A DNA stretch of 64,000 bases, from IMG/VR virus record IMGVR_UViG_3300025266_000005, positions 3,708 to 67,707 of that record; one strand, given 5' to 3'. The number at the start of each line of letters is the position of its first letter. Positions within the stretch are counted from its first letter, which is position 1. This stretch comes from a virus. Below, piece by piece: positions 63,882 to 64,000 of this stretch. Below the pieces are notes generated by a model. The model did no database searches, was not told the origin of the DNA, and was given only the letters and a program-made list of their open reading frames with translations. The position numbers were made by a program, and so were the translations under genes.

Positions 63882-64000
63882 GTCTTACCCCCGCAGGGTT
63901 AGTTGTCAAAGTCTGTCGTCTATCTCGTGTGGGTATGGATGGTTGTTTGCGTTGTTACGGGCTATTTCTGCCTCAATGCGTCTTTGCTCAAGTCTTAGTG
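63874..64000. repeat. Exact direct repeat copy 2, including the 3' end of the holin gene (63906->64000)
   Basis: Identical to 20971-21097. Confidence 0.95.

Larger units (their letters stand above)
41482..64000. mobile_element. Prophage B: P22-like podovirus late region with lysis genes and morons; continues beyond the window
   Basis: P22-order terminase, portal, scaffold, coat, gp4, gp10, gp14, ejection proteins and head-binding tail protein, then endolysin/Rz/Rz1, ending at the att core. Confidence 0.88.

Overview
The whole window is temperate-phage DNA. It reads as two lambdoid prophages of a probably gammaproteobacterial host, in tandem and in the same orientation, joined at an attP-like site built on the 3' part of a tRNA-Val(GAC) (41482-41532, minus strand). 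Element A (<1-41532) has a contractile-tail (myovirus-type) virion module on the minus strand at 1-20666. It is followed by holin, a structured late leader, a Q-like gene, nin-type genes, O-like initiator with ori, helicase, cII/cro/cI immunity, Bet/Exo recombination, two adenine methyltransferases, a CsrA homologue, xis and int. Element B (41482->64000) has morons (FkbM methyltransferase, VPLPA-CTERM protein, lipoprotein), endolysin and spanins, and a P22-like short-tail (podovirus) module. The last 127 bp of the window are identical to 20971-21097, so both virion modules hang off the same holin-end/late-operon entry sequence. The 42,903-bp interval between the copies is itself a gene-complete, circularly permuted podovirus genome. 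The two modules also share a conserved ~85-aa domain in their large fibre-like proteins. Other signals: a tRNA-shaped structured RNA in the late leader, an integrase with an apparently swapped catalytic Arg, a -1 frameshift in the tail chaperone, leaderless genes and a perfect CRP-type box. All product calls come from motif recognition and gene order, not from database searches.
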